A DNA stretch of 64,000 bases, taken from positions 160,001-224,000 of IMG/VR virus record IMGVR_UViG_3300031867_000001; one strand, written 5' to 3'. The position numbers and the translations under genes are program-made. Positions 39,919 to 49,799 of this stretch are shown piece after piece. Within the stretch, counting starts at the first letter, position 1. Each line of letters starts with the position of its first letter. A model generated the notes under the pieces. The model saw only the letters and a program-made list of their open reading frames with translations. It did not search any database and was not told where the DNA came from. Source of the stretch: a virus. Its lineage: Duplodnaviria > Caudoviricetes.

Positions 39919-41835
39919 ATGGCTGAAAATAACAATAATGAATTTCATGACTCATTGGACGATGTTATTGCTCGTGCAACTGAAAAGTTCAAGCTGACAA
40001 ATGAAGATGTTCCAGAAGACACTTCTTCACAGATCATCAACCATGAAGAGTATGAAACACAAAACGAAGAATCATTCGATGAAGAACCAAACAGTTCTAT
40101 CATTCCAAAATCCATTCTGAATCATATTCCAAATGATACATTGGACGATGTTGACATTGAAGATGATACACTGGGTGATGCTGCTGATGATTTTGACGAT
40201 GATCCGTATGGCGTGAATGATGCCAATAGAGAAATCGAAGAGGAAGATCGTATTCGTGAAGAAGAGAGATTACAGAAGATTGAAGAGGCTCGTATTGCAA
40301 AAGAAGCACTTGAAAATTCCAAGAAGACATTACCCCCCAGATCTCTGGATATGGAATTCCAAAACAAAGCAATGAAATTCCAGGAAGATAAGTTAGCGAT
40401 TGTCACAGGAATGGTTGAACGTGTAAAAGCCAAGTATCATTTGGTCGGTGGTATCAAACCAGAACGTCAGAGACATGTCATGGGTGATCTCATTGAGTAT
40501 TATGAGAACTATGGTGAAGAGATCACTGACACATTTGAAAACATCATCTTGAACAACTGGCAACATGTCGATGAAAATGGTCAAGCTTATGGCAATACCG
40601 AGAATGTTGCAAATGAAAATACCGATGATATTCCATCCAATGATATTCCATCCAATGATAATGGCAATGTAAATGTCAACATTGATGTTGCACCAAACCA
40701 GCCGGTTACTGTAAACATTGATGATGATGTTGTGAAATCCATCAACAAGAAAAGAGTCGTCAATATCAATGTTCGTGAAATGACGAATGCTGATATGGAT
40801 AAGATTGTTGTCATTGAGAATTCTCCAAAGGAAGGAATCATTCGTTCTTTTGAAACTGGTATTGGATATACACCTATTACACTTCCATTGTCCGGTTACA
40901 GATGTATGATTAAACCGTTGAACTTCTTTGATATGATTTCAATGACTGCTCCCAATAATAATTCCATTGTGGATTATCAGCTGAAGCGTTGGAGAACAAT
41001 CTATGATCATTTAAAGAATCCTTCTATTGGAGAATTCGAGAGCTTTGAAGACTTCTTGAAGAAGACCAAGTACAATGATCTTCCGTTGCTTGAATGGGGA
41101 TTGTTAACCGCAACATCTGATGATGAAGAGAGTTTGACATTGGAATGTGGTAATCCGAAGTGTAAGCAAGAGTTCGTACATATGTACACACCACGTACGT
41201 TGATTCATCCGAATCCAGATAAGCTTCCGCCGGAGTTTGATGAGATTTCCAGAACCAGTGGTCAACGTGCAATTGATATCTTTACAGCGTTCAATACCAA
41301 GAGAGTTCGTTATAAGTTGCCGATTTCTGGAATCATCATTGAAATCAATGAACCTTCTGCATATTATCATCTCTATACGACACTTCCGTTGATTGTGGAT
41401 CGTTATCGTGCAAAGTTCCCGGACGATCCGACAATGGAACATTTCCAGAATATTCAGCAATACATGCAGCGTGATCCGCGTATCATGGAATTTGCAATTA
41501 CTTCTTCTATGATTACACGAATCTCTGCAATTGTAGTTCCACCCCCAGAGGAAGAGAACTACAATGAACCTCATGAATATCGTTTCACAAATTGGGACGA
41601 TATTGAAGAACAGCTTGGAATGATTCCTATGGATGATACATTGGCAATCTTTAAGATTGTATCCGAAGCAGATGATCATCAGCCAATGGAGTTTTATGTA
41701 TCTGGAATTCAGTGTCCTCACTGTGGACGTAAGGAGCCAAGAGGTCTGCCTGTAACTAACCTTGTGGAGAACTTGATTTTCCGAGTATCTCGAAGGCTTC
41801 AGAATACAGAAATCAACTTGACCAAATTGGATTAA
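39919..41835 (+). CDS. baseplate hub assembly-like protein (T4 gp26/gp51-like C-terminus) with long acidic N-terminus
   Basis: ITLPLSG..IKPL, LECGNPKC and IQCPHCG zinc ribbons; D/E-rich N-terminal region. Confidence 0.55.
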   Translation: MAENNNNEFHDSLDDVIARATEKFKLTNEDVPEDTSSQIINHEEYETQNEESFDEEPNSSIIPKSILNHIPNDTLDDVDIEDDTLGDAADDFDDDPYGVNDANREIEEEDRIREEERLQKIEEARIAKEALENSKKTLPPRSLDMEFQNKAMKFQEDKLAIVTGMVERVKAKYHLVGGIKPERQRHVMGDLIEYYENYGEEITDTFENIILNNWQHVDENGQAYGNTENVANENTDDIPSNDIPSNDNGNVNVNIDVAPNQPVTVNIDDDVVKSINKKRVVNINVREMTNADMDKIVVIENSPKEGIIRSFETGIGYTPITLPLSGYRCMIKPLNFFDMISMTAPNNNSIVDYQLKRWRTIYDHLKNPSIGEFESFEDFLKKTKYNDLPLLEWGLLTATSDDEESLTLECGNPKCKQEFVHMYTPRTLIHPNPDKLPPEFDEISRTSGQRAIDIFTAFNTKRVRYKLPISGIIIEINEPSAYYHLYTTLPLIVDRYRAKFPDDPTMEHFQNIQQYMQRDPRIMEFAITSSMITRISAIVVPPPEEENYNEPHEYRFTNWDDIEEQLGMIPMDDTLAIFKIVSEADDHQPMEFYVSGIQCPHCGRKEPRGLPVTNLVENLIFRVSRRLQNTEINLTKLD

Positions 41836-41855
41836 ATCTGTTAGAAGACGCAGAA

Positions 41856-42041
41856 ATGTTTAAGCATCTGATTCCATTGGATATGCTTGAATCGTTACCG
41901 CTTCCTTTGCTGCGTCGTCTTCGAGAAATTCAACGGAAGCGCATGGAATATAGAGAAAATCAAATGAGGAGTGCCAAAGTAAATGGCACTCCCCAAGTAA
42001 ATCCATCAGCATTAAGCGAATTACTCATGAATGAATTATAA
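41856..42041 (+). CDS. small tail/baseplate chaperone-like protein
   Basis: LDMLESLPLPLLRRL; frame is open upstream into the preceding gene. Confidence 0.5.
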   Translation: MFKHLIPLDMLESLPLPLLRRLREIQRKRMEYRENQMRSAKVNGTPQVNPSALSELLMNEL

Positions 42042-42071
42042 CCATAATCCATCAAAAGGAGAGTGATTCGC

Positions 42072-42239
42072 GTGGAACAATCAGCACCACAAAATGAATT
42101 AAAATTGAATGATATCGTCAGTATGTATTTTTCTCAGTATGGTATAAACTTTACTGTTGATCATTTTATTGAAATCCGACAATCATATTATGATAATAAG
42201 AATACAGCATCTGATAACGATGAGACTTCTTCCCAATAA
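42072..42239 (+). CDS. 55-aa hypothetical protein (not in ORF track)
   Basis: GTG start after AAAGGAG; VEQSAPQNELKLNDIV...ETSSQ; fills the gap in the operon. Confidence 0.55.
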   Translation: MEQSAPQNELKLNDIVSMYFSQYGINFTVDHFIEIRQSYYDNKNTASDNDETSSQ

Positions 42240-42252
42240 GAGGTGATTTAAA

Positions 42253-43083
42253 ATGATAATGATTCCGAATTCAACACTGAATGAATTCAAAGAATGTTTT
42301 GATAAATACAGATTGTGTGTGAATACAATGAACATTTACTTCAATACAATCCGTATGATCAATAAGCATCATTGTTATTTGGACAATGATACCTTCATGA
42401 AGTATTATTGGAACTTCACAAAGGATATTGAAATCGAGAGTATTCCGTATGAATGTTTCATTCCCGATCATGGTCAGTTTGAACAAAATGAACATGTCAA
42501 GAGAATCTTCATCATCAACAGAGATGCGAAAGAATACGTACGTATTCAAAAGAGAGTAACAATGGAAGACTTGTTCAAGACAATTCCTTCTACAGAAGAT
42601 ATTGTTGCTTTATTGAAGGATAAGCCGGATAAGTTTGTTGATGTTGTTGATGACATCTTCATCTACTGGAGCGTCCATAAGTATCTTGACTCAATTGACA
42701 TGTTGCGGATTCAATCCATTTCCGTAATGACTCCAGTCATTGAGTATGTTGTTAACAATATTACATACGACATGTGGAAAGATTATTTATCCACCAAAAA
42801 GATCAATCCAGAGAAATGTGATAAGTATTTGACGGATAATTTGTTTGGACCTGATTATGATTACACAAACAAATATTATCTCGAAGATCATATCGGTTTT
42901 GCTCCATTTAATGTGGAAGAATTGATATGTAAATTATGTACCAATATAATTGTAAAAACTGATATCTATATGATTATCGCGGTATATCTGATACTAACGT
43001 TTGCAAAGGTGGATATCAATGATGAGAAATACGATGAATCTCCATGTGCAACATATGTAAAGGATGTATTGAGTAAATTATAA
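42253..43083 (+). CDS. hypothetical protein
   Basis: 276-aa ORF with GAGG RBS. Confidence 0.75.
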   Translation: MIMIPNSTLNEFKECFDKYRLCVNTMNIYFNTIRMINKHHCYLDNDTFMKYYWNFTKDIEIESIPYECFIPDHGQFEQNEHVKRIFIINRDAKEYVRIQKRVTMEDLFKTIPSTEDIVALLKDKPDKFVDVVDDIFIYWSVHKYLDSIDMLRIQSISVMTPVIEYVVNNITYDMWKDYLSTKKINPEKCDKYLTDNLFGPDYDYTNKYYLEDHIGFAPFNVEELICKLCTNIIVKTDIYMIIAVYLILTFAKVDINDEKYDESPCATYVKDVLSKL

Positions 43084-43108
43084 TGATTTGGTTTAGGAGG
43101 TATGAACG

Positions 43109-45397
43109 ATGGGAAGAAAGAAACAGACCACGTCACCAGAAGAGCAAGCTGTTACAACAACACCAAAGAAACGTCATAAGAAATATGTCATGAATTCAAT
43201 TGATGACATCAATGAACGTTGTGCTGCTGCAACATCATTGTCTTTGGTTGGTGCGTCAGCGATGACATTTCCTGACAAGATTTCAACAGTTCGTTCCAAT
43301 ATGGCTGTTAAACACACTTCGCAGTATGTCGTTTTGAGTAATCCGGAATTTCCCCGTGTGTATACCGGAGCAGAAAATGTATTCGGTGAACGTTCTTCTT
43401 GGAATATGAAAAATGAACATTCTTGCAAACTTGTCAAGAAATTTGTTAAGTTTAAAAATGCACCGATTTCTCCAGTCGTATATGTGTTTCTTGATCTTGA
43501 GACAAACAAGTATCTGTGTAAACAAGTGAATGTTGCAGAGAACTTGATCGAGAGATATGGATTCAGAATGTATGATCGAATCAAAGGGAAATATAATGAA
43601 GGAGATATTCTCCCATCAAACACACCAGTTGCACAATCGTCTTCATATGTGAATGGAAATTACTGTTCTGGCAGAAACATCAGAATGCTTTATACAGTAT
43701 TACCAGAGCTTACTGAGGATGCCGTTATCATTTCCGAATCTGCTGCAAAAGAATTGGAATATGATATGGTCGATATTGTCACAGTGAATTTGAAACGAGA
43801 TGCATATTTGCTGAATAAATATGGTGATGCAAATTTGTATAAACCATTTCCCAATATCGGTGAATATGTTCATAATGACGTGATTTGTTCCATTCGTGAA
43901 AATTCGTTCATGTCTTCTTATGCAGAAGCACGTAGAAGTCATGTCAATGATAGAAACTACTATTCTCGTGGTCAAATTGTTGACATCGATATCTTTACAA
44001 ATGTTGACTTAGAGAATGAAGAGTTGAATGGATACTTGACGGAAATACAAGAATGGTATCAAGAGATATACACGTACTTGTCAACCATTGTTGAAGATCC
44101 ATATCAAGATGATGTATCATTGATTGATATCTATCATCGTGCAGAAAAGTATCTATCCAAATCATCATGGGTTACAAAGGAATACATTGTTGATACAATC
44201 ATTCAGTTCAAGGTATTGAAACATGTACCAATTCATGTTGGACAGAAGATTGTTGGACGTTGTGGAAACAAATCTGTTGTTACTGGAATTATACCAGATC
44301 GAATCATGCCGCATACGGATGATGGTAGACCCGTACAGATGGTATGTAATGGATTGGCAGTACCAAACCGAATCATCGGTTTCCCAACATATGAAACAAC
44401 AATGACATTCATGGAAGAACGGATGCATCAGCATTTCTTGAAAATGGAACAAGAAGGACATTCGCAAGATGATATTGTTGCATTAGCCGTTGAGTTTCTG
44501 TCAACCTTTGAACCACAAGAAGGTTCAGAACTTGCGAAGTTATATCGCGTCAGACCCAATGAAGTATACAATGACATTATGAAAAATGGCTTGTTCATTC
44601 AGATCATGCCTTTGAATGATAAGTGTGTTCGTGATGCATTGGTTGAATGTTACAACAAATGGGGAAAGACCATCTTCAAGAAATACAAAGTTCGTACAAA
44701 GCTCCGTCACAGATGGATTGAGATTGAAGGTGAGTATGCAATCGGTTATCAGTACACATGGGTATTGAAGCAAGAACCTTCCAAAGCAATGTCGGTTGTT
44801 TCGACATGTAAAACGACATGGTATGATCAACCGGTTAAATCACATTTGTATGGTAAGAATCTGCGCCATTATTCGGATAACCCAATCAAGTATGGTGAAT
44901 ATGATTCTTACAACTTCTTAGCGGCAGTTGGTCCGAGAGAGTTCTATCTGTTAACAACACTCTTCCGTGGTTCTCAGTATACAATGAATTCTATCTTGAT
45001 GAGTCATTTGAACAATACACCGATTGACACAACCAAGGCGAACCAGTTCCCACAACTTGATAATTTCAGAAATGTATTGAAATTTATTGGGTATAGATTA
45101 ACACCTGAAATCTTTAATTACAATTCAGCTGGTGGATTCGACAAACTTTATACTGTCATGATGGGAAATAACAAGATCAGAATCTCTATTCCTGATCTGA
45201 GACATGTCCTGATTCTGAATTCGTATTATATGCAATATCAGAATTACAAGAATGAAACAGTAGAGTTTGACGATTTCTTTAAACAGATAGATGGTACAAA
45301 CTTATTCGACAATTACCCAGATGGATATTCAACACATTGTAAGAAATTATTCTTGGAATTGTTGCCAATCATTCAGCAGATGAAGCAATATCGTTAA
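43109..45397 (+). CDS. RNA polymerase beta-like subunit, C-terminal half (probably non-virion RNAP)
   Basis: RSNM..HTSQ, TEDAVIISESAA, VGQKIVGRCGNKSVV, PNR, PIKYGEYD. Confidence 0.9.
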   Translation: MGRKKQTTSPEEQAVTTTPKKRHKKYVMNSIDDINERCAAATSLSLVGASAMTFPDKISTVRSNMAVKHTSQYVVLSNPEFPRVYTGAENVFGERSSWNMKNEHSCKLVKKFVKFKNAPISPVVYVFLDLETNKYLCKQVNVAENLIERYGFRMYDRIKGKYNEGDILPSNTPVAQSSSYVNGNYCSGRNIRMLYTVLPELTEDAVIISESAAKELEYDMVDIVTVNLKRDAYLLNKYGDANLYKPFPNIGEYVHNDVICSIRENSFMSSYAEARRSHVNDRNYYSRGQIVDIDIFTNVDLENEELNGYLTEIQEWYQEIYTYLSTIVEDPYQDDVSLIDIYHRAEKYLSKSSWVTKEYIVDTIIQFKVLKHVPIHVGQKIVGRCGNKSVVTGIIPDRIMPHTDDGRPVQMVCNGLAVPNRIIGFPTYETTMTFMEERMHQHFLKMEQEGHSQDDIVALAVEFLSTFEPQEGSELAKLYRVRPNEVYNDIMKNGLFIQIMPLNDKCVRDALVECYNKWGKTIFKKYKVRTKLRHRWIEIEGEYAIGYQYTWVLKQEPSKAMSVVSTCKTTWYDQPVKSHLYGKNLRHYSDNPIKYGEYDSYNFLAAVGPREFYLLTTLFRGSQYTMNSILMSHLNNTPIDTTKANQFPQLDNFRNVLKFIGYRLTPEIFNYNSAGGFDKLYTVMMGNNKIRISIPDLRHVLILNSYYMQYQNYKNETVEFDDFFKQIDGTNLFDNYPDGYSTHCKKLFLELLPIIQQMKQYR

Positions 45398-45475
45398 TGA
45401 TAAAAAAATATTTGATGCCGGGGTCAATCCCCGGCATTAACATATCAAATAATTTTAATATTTTTTATCAAGGAG

Positions 45476-47635
45476 ATGATGATATTGAGTAACATTATTT
45501 GTTTACCAGATGTGAATGGTAATAAAGGATATTACGATTTTGGAACAAAGAATGTTTCTTTTTTGCAAACTGCACAAGAATTAAAGTCACTTGGTATCAA
45601 ACATTGGTATTTACCATTAAAGGTTAAATATCCACAATTCAACATAACCGATATCGATCCATACGATCCATCTTTGGATCCAAGTACCATTGGAAAGATC
45701 CATATGGAAAGTAAAGATAACGTTTGGTACTGGACTCGAGAAGTTGCTCGTATTCCTGCGAAAGGTGCCCCAGAACCATTCTTACCAATGTTAACCCGTG
45801 CTTCATGTGCATTAATGTGGAACTTTGAACACAATATTGATTTCATGGTCGTCCAACCTCGTCAGACACATAAGACGACATGGATCAATTTATTATTATC
45901 ACATGCATTCATTTATGATTTATCCAATGCAGAAATCCCAATGATGCATTTGCAAGATAAAGACGTAACGCGTAACGTTGAAATGTTTCGTGATTATATA
46001 TCACAACTTCCAGATTATATGAATCCGTGGAGTGATCGTCCAAAGCCACCTGGAGTAAAATCCATCAAGTATGAAGCACATAAGACCGCAATATATCCAT
46101 TGTGTCAACCTGATTCAGAAATCACTGCAATGGATAAGTTGCGTGGTATGACGTTGTTCTCTGGATTCATCGACGAGTTTGAATATATTAACTGTATATC
46201 ACACGTCATTGCCGGTGCAAAACCTGCAATGGAATCTGGACGTTTGATTGCACAACAAACCGGTGCAAGATGTTGTTTTATGTATGCCTCCACGCCAGGA
46301 AACCTTGAAACGCCAACTGGTAAAGAAGCACAAAAATTAATTGATAATACACCGAAATGGTCCGAGAAGTATTATGACTTATCAGATGCAGATGTTGAGA
46401 AGTTGTTTGAACATAATATTGATGAAGACGGTGTTGATAGAACCATGATTCGTCGGTTCTATATTGAATACAATTATAAACAACTTCGCAAAGATGATAT
46501 TTGGTTGGAGAAGCAATATAAAGAAGCGGAAGCATCTGGAGATATGGCAGAGTATAAACGTGGTTATTTGTTACAACGTTTCCGTGGTACACAAGGAGCA
46601 TTGTTTAAGCAAGCCGATATTGATTATATCAATCAACATGTTCGTGAGCCAGATGACGAGATATTGTTATTGAAAAAATATCATTTGTATATTTATAAAC
46701 ACCAAGTCGTTATGACGGATTTAAATTCTGATACACCATTCTTCGATATCACATGTCCATACATGATTGGTATTGATATTGCCGGTGGAACGGCTGGAGA
46801 TAATACCACCTTTGTTGTTGTTCATCCATACACCTTCCAAGTTGTTGCAGAATTGGCATCACCATATATGGGCGCATTAGATTTGATTCGTTGTATCATT
46901 GAGCTTGCAAAGTTAATGCCAAAAGCAGTATTCTGCCCAGAGACAAATTCTATTGGTAAAGCATTATTGGAATGGATTCAAGATTCTAAGTTGGAGTATC
47001 GATTCTACTGTGATCCAAAGTTGGACATCACAAAGAATGTTACAGAAGATGATGAGAAGGATTTTGAAAAGAAGATTAAGAATAAAGCATTACAACGTAA
47101 ATACATTGGTACAAATGTTACTCCAAAGATCCGTGAAAATATGATGACGTTATTGCGTCGATATGTTCATGATTACAGACATTTGATCAATACGAAATTG
47201 CTTGTGAATGATATCAACAACTTAACCATCATAAAAAATAAAATCCAAGCAGATAATGGAACACATGATGATATTGTCATGGCATATTGTCATGTATTGT
47301 ATGTATTCACATATGGATATGATTTATCCAGATATGGAATTGTCAAGAGCAATTGTACCTTCGAGAAAGCATATATCGAAGTAAAGAATTATGAATTATC
47401 CACTGAGCAAAACCATGTTAACAACATGAAGCCATATGGTAAAGATGCATATGGTTATGAAGAACAATTGCTTCATGACATTATTGATTCCAATCAAAAT
47501 GGTTTTAACAAATCAGGAATGGATCCATATGGATATAATCGAACTCAATACAATCAAATGAATAACAATGATCCAGAACCAGTCAGAATGACACGTGCTG
47601 ATTTGGCATTCTTTAATTCTGTTCAAAACTTTTAA
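45476..47635 (+). CDS. terminase large subunit
   Basis: QPRQTHKTT (Walker A), LRG..FIDEFE (Walker B), ASTPG, IGIDIAGG, PETNSIG, HDDIVMAY. Confidence 0.9.
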   Translation: MMILSNIICLPDVNGNKGYYDFGTKNVSFLQTAQELKSLGIKHWYLPLKVKYPQFNITDIDPYDPSLDPSTIGKIHMESKDNVWYWTREVARIPAKGAPEPFLPMLTRASCALMWNFEHNIDFMVVQPRQTHKTTWINLLLSHAFIYDLSNAEIPMMHLQDKDVTRNVEMFRDYISQLPDYMNPWSDRPKPPGVKSIKYEAHKTAIYPLCQPDSEITAMDKLRGMTLFSGFIDEFEYINCISHVIAGAKPAMESGRLIAQQTGARCCFMYASTPGNLETPTGKEAQKLIDNTPKWSEKYYDLSDADVEKLFEHNIDEDGVDRTMIRRFYIEYNYKQLRKDDIWLEKQYKEAEASGDMAEYKRGYLLQRFRGTQGALFKQADIDYINQHVREPDDEILLLKKYHLYIYKHQVVMTDLNSDTPFFDITCPYMIGIDIAGGTAGDNTTFVVVHPYTFQVVAELASPYMGALDLIRCIIELAKLMPKAVFCPETNSIGKALLEWIQDSKLEYRFYCDPKLDITKNVTEDDEKDFEKKIKNKALQRKYIGTNVTPKIRENMMTLLRRYVHDYRHLINTKLLVNDINNLTIIKNKIQADNGTHDDIVMAYCHVLYVFTYGYDLSRYGIVKSNCTFEKAYIEVKNYELSTEQNHVNNMKPYGKDAYGYEEQLLHDIIDSNQNGFNKSGMDPYGYNRTQYNQMNNNDPEPVRMTRADLAFFNSVQNF

Positions 47636-47705
47636 ACAACAAAAAAGAACCCCCGCGTGTTGCGGGGGCTCTCTTATCACATCCTTTCATATTGTTCAGA
47701 TCTAC

Positions 47706-48116
47706 TCAATGGGAGTTGAGCAGGTCCTTCTTATAGCGCATCATTCCATGTGCTTGAAGCGTCTCATACAGCACCCATAATGCATCTTCAACATACTGAT
47801 CGATGTCAGTGCTGTTAAAATAGCCATCGTAATAATCGCTATAGTAGTTGGGATTATTAGGACGAACCGCCTCAAGCTTCCATACATATCTATCACCGTC
47901 ATTATGACGAGTGATGATAATAGAGTCTTCATCGTCAATATCAATATGCGACAGCTCGATGAGCGTGTCGAAATATTTGAATTCACCACCGTCGATCTTC
48001 TGGTGGAACACAGCCTCCAGATAGCTCTCTACAGCAGTATAGAATGTACGGGTTCCTCTGACCTCAGAAAGGTCGAGGTTTAGCTTGTTGATCGCCATCT
48101 CAATGCTCATTGTCAT
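47706..48116 (-). CDS. putative early hypothetical protein (paralogue of 48764-49159)
   Basis: AAGGAGGAGG RBS; aligns by eye with 48764-49159. Confidence 0.7.
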   Translation of the reverse strand: MTMSIEMAINKLNLDLSEVRGTRTFYTAVESYLEAVFHQKIDGGEFKYFDTLIELSHIDIDDEDSIIITRHNDGDRYVWKLEAVRPNNPNYYSDYYDGYFNSTDIDQYVEDALWVLYETLQAHGMMRYKKDLLNSH

Positions 48117-48118
48117 AA

Positions 48119-48652
48119 TTATTCCTCCTCCTTGTTGTTGAGCTCGTGGATGAAGACATATCCCCATCCGCCGATGCAGGTTACATGATAATTCTTATTG
48201 TCTTCGATCTGGCTGCGATCTTTGATCCAGACCTTGGATGGATCTGGCTCCACGAGACCCCAATCGTCCTTCTCCTTCTTCCAGGAGACGTTCGTCATGG
48301 TTCTGGCGTAGTCCCAGCCGTCTCCCTGCTTCAGAATGTGGAACGACCCGTTCTCCTCCAGAGCGCCACGGAGCTGCTCTGCAGCGAGGTCGAATTCAAC
48401 TGTACCCTGGTTATCCGGGAACGGCTCAACCCCGTGTGTATCAAGGATGACAGGGTCAACCGTGTCCTGTCCCTCAGATGTTGCTGTAAACCCGTTCCAC
48501 GGATGCGGCTTTTCGGAATCCAGTCTGAGAAGTGTATCCGGATCATGATCCGGATTGTCTGCGATAGATCGTGCCCAACGCTCTTCTGCACGTTTGTTCC
48601 ATGCGGTCAGGCTGATGATCTCGTTTGCATTCAGAATAATCGTAGTTTTCAT
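48119..48652 (-). CDS. putative early hypothetical protein
   Basis: AAGGAGG RBS; GC-richer codon usage. Confidence 0.75.
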   Translation of the reverse strand: MKTTIILNANEIISLTAWNKRAEERWARSIADNPDHDPDTLLRLDSEKPHPWNGFTATSEGQDTVDPVILDTHGVEPFPDNQGTVEFDLAAEQLRGALEENGSFHILKQGDGWDYARTMTNVSWKKEKDDWGLVEPDPSKVWIKDRSQIEDNKNYHVTCIGGWGYVFIHELNNKEEE

Positions 48653-48757
48653 TACTAATTCCTCCTTAAAATTGTCCCTCGTTTGAGGGGTTTGTTTACG
48701 TTCAGTTTATGCCCTTTCGGGATGGCGGGCGGTTTTTATAGAGCATGCCCAGGCTCT
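48653..48757 (-). promoter_or_regulatory. intergenic RNA cassette copy B: H-type pseudoknot + CCCTCAAACGAGGG hairpin + RBS
   Basis: AGAGC-CTGGGCAT-GCTCT-ATAAAAA-CCGCCC; hairpin at 48676-48689. Confidence 0.6.
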
Positions 48758-48763
48758 TGAGAA

Positions 48764-49159
48764 TCATACCAGATACAGGAAGTGATTCTCTACAAGTGTC
48801 ATGATGAGATTGTAGATAATCGAATCTACATAATTCTCATCCATAAACGCGGATCTAAACGTGTCTCTGAAAGATGTCCAGTAGTTTCTGGCGATGGTAT
48901 AAACATTTCCACGCCCATACTGGTACATTGTAATGTAAGCATCACCGTGCATGATCTTGATTGTACGGTTCTCGGCGCCGTGTGCTCTGGTGACAACGAT
49001 CTCCGTGTCACCGTGAGCAATCGTGTTGTTGTCATCGAACTTGTCGTGGAGACAGGTTTCCATGAACTCCTTGATATGCATTTCGAGCATGCCGATGTCG
49101 GTGATCTTGGGCATGTTAAGGGACAGAGTATTCTTTGCCATTTCAATGATAGTGTTCAT
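48764..49159 (-). CDS. putative early hypothetical protein (paralogue of 47706-48116)
   Basis: AAGGAGG RBS. Confidence 0.75.
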   Translation of the reverse strand: MNTIIEMAKNTLSLNMPKITDIGMLEMHIKEFMETCLHDKFDDNNTIAHGDTEIVVTRAHGAENRTIKIMHGDAYITMYQYGRGNVYTIARNYWTSFRDTFRSAFMDENYVDSIIYNLIMTLVENHFLYLV

Positions 49160-49256
49160 AATGATTCCTCCTTAAGAATCTTCCCTCGTTTGAGGGGGCT
49201 TATGGTTTATACATTTTGGGATAATGATTGAGCAGTTTACCGTCTTGCTCAGGACG
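49160..49256 (-). promoter_or_regulatory. intergenic RNA cassette copy A: H-type pseudoknot + CCCTCAAACGAGGG hairpin + RBS
   Basis: CGTC-CTGAGCAA-GACG-GTAAA-CTGCTC; hairpin at 49183-49196. Confidence 0.6.
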
Positions 49257-49261
49257 TGTGT

Positions 49262-49558
49262 TCAGATGGTAACCCAGAGTACAGTGTACACGCTGTTGCC
49301 AGCGTTTACCTTCATGCAATCACCGTTTCTTACATGAAGATATTCGAGAGCTTCTGCAGCGGCGTATCTGCCGTGCACTCTCATTGTCATCTTGACTGCG
49401 TCCAGAGCACGCTTTGCGATTGTGTCGGTGGGGGTTGTTTCGTTGTGGTTTACACACACAGCGAAATGATGTCCATCTCTTGACTTGCACACTGTTTTGT
49501 TAGTGCCACAGTCGGCGATCATGTTCCTCGCGAGCTCATTCATCAAATAGGTATTCAT
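49262..49558 (-). CDS. putative early hypothetical protein
   Basis: AAGGAG RBS; first gene after the promoter at 49755. Confidence 0.7.
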   Translation of the reverse strand: MNTYLMNELARNMIADCGTNKTVCKSRDGHHFAVCVNHNETTPTDTIAKRALDAVKMTMRVHGRYAAAEALEYLHVRNGDCMKVNAGNSVYTVLWVTI

Positions 49559-49754
49559 AGTATACTCCTTCTCTCGGTCTATCCCGAGTGTTATTTTAAG
49601 GGAAGCATAGAAAGTTTGTTATTTACTTCCCCATAGGTTTTGAATGTGTCATGATGGTTAACCAATCCATCATGGAATAGATTCAACCCTACCTACTCGC
49701 GGGTTTAGTTTCAACCACATTCACTATTGCGAATATGATTTACTCCTTCTTATT

Positions 49755-49769
49755 CATATTAATTATATA
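49755..49769 (-). promoter_or_regulatory. putative early phage promoter TATATAATTAATATG
   Basis: Third identical copy of the 15-mer. Confidence 0.65.
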
Positions 49770-49799
49770 TATATGAAATTTTAAAATAATAGAAAGAGA

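Noticed and set aside
40624-40660. Tandem GATATTCCATCCAAT (DIPSN twice)
   Set aside because: Simple in-frame duplication in a disordered linker.
48727-49256. Pistol ribozyme call for the pseudoknots
   Set aside because: P2/P3 and the conserved cleavage-site context are absent.
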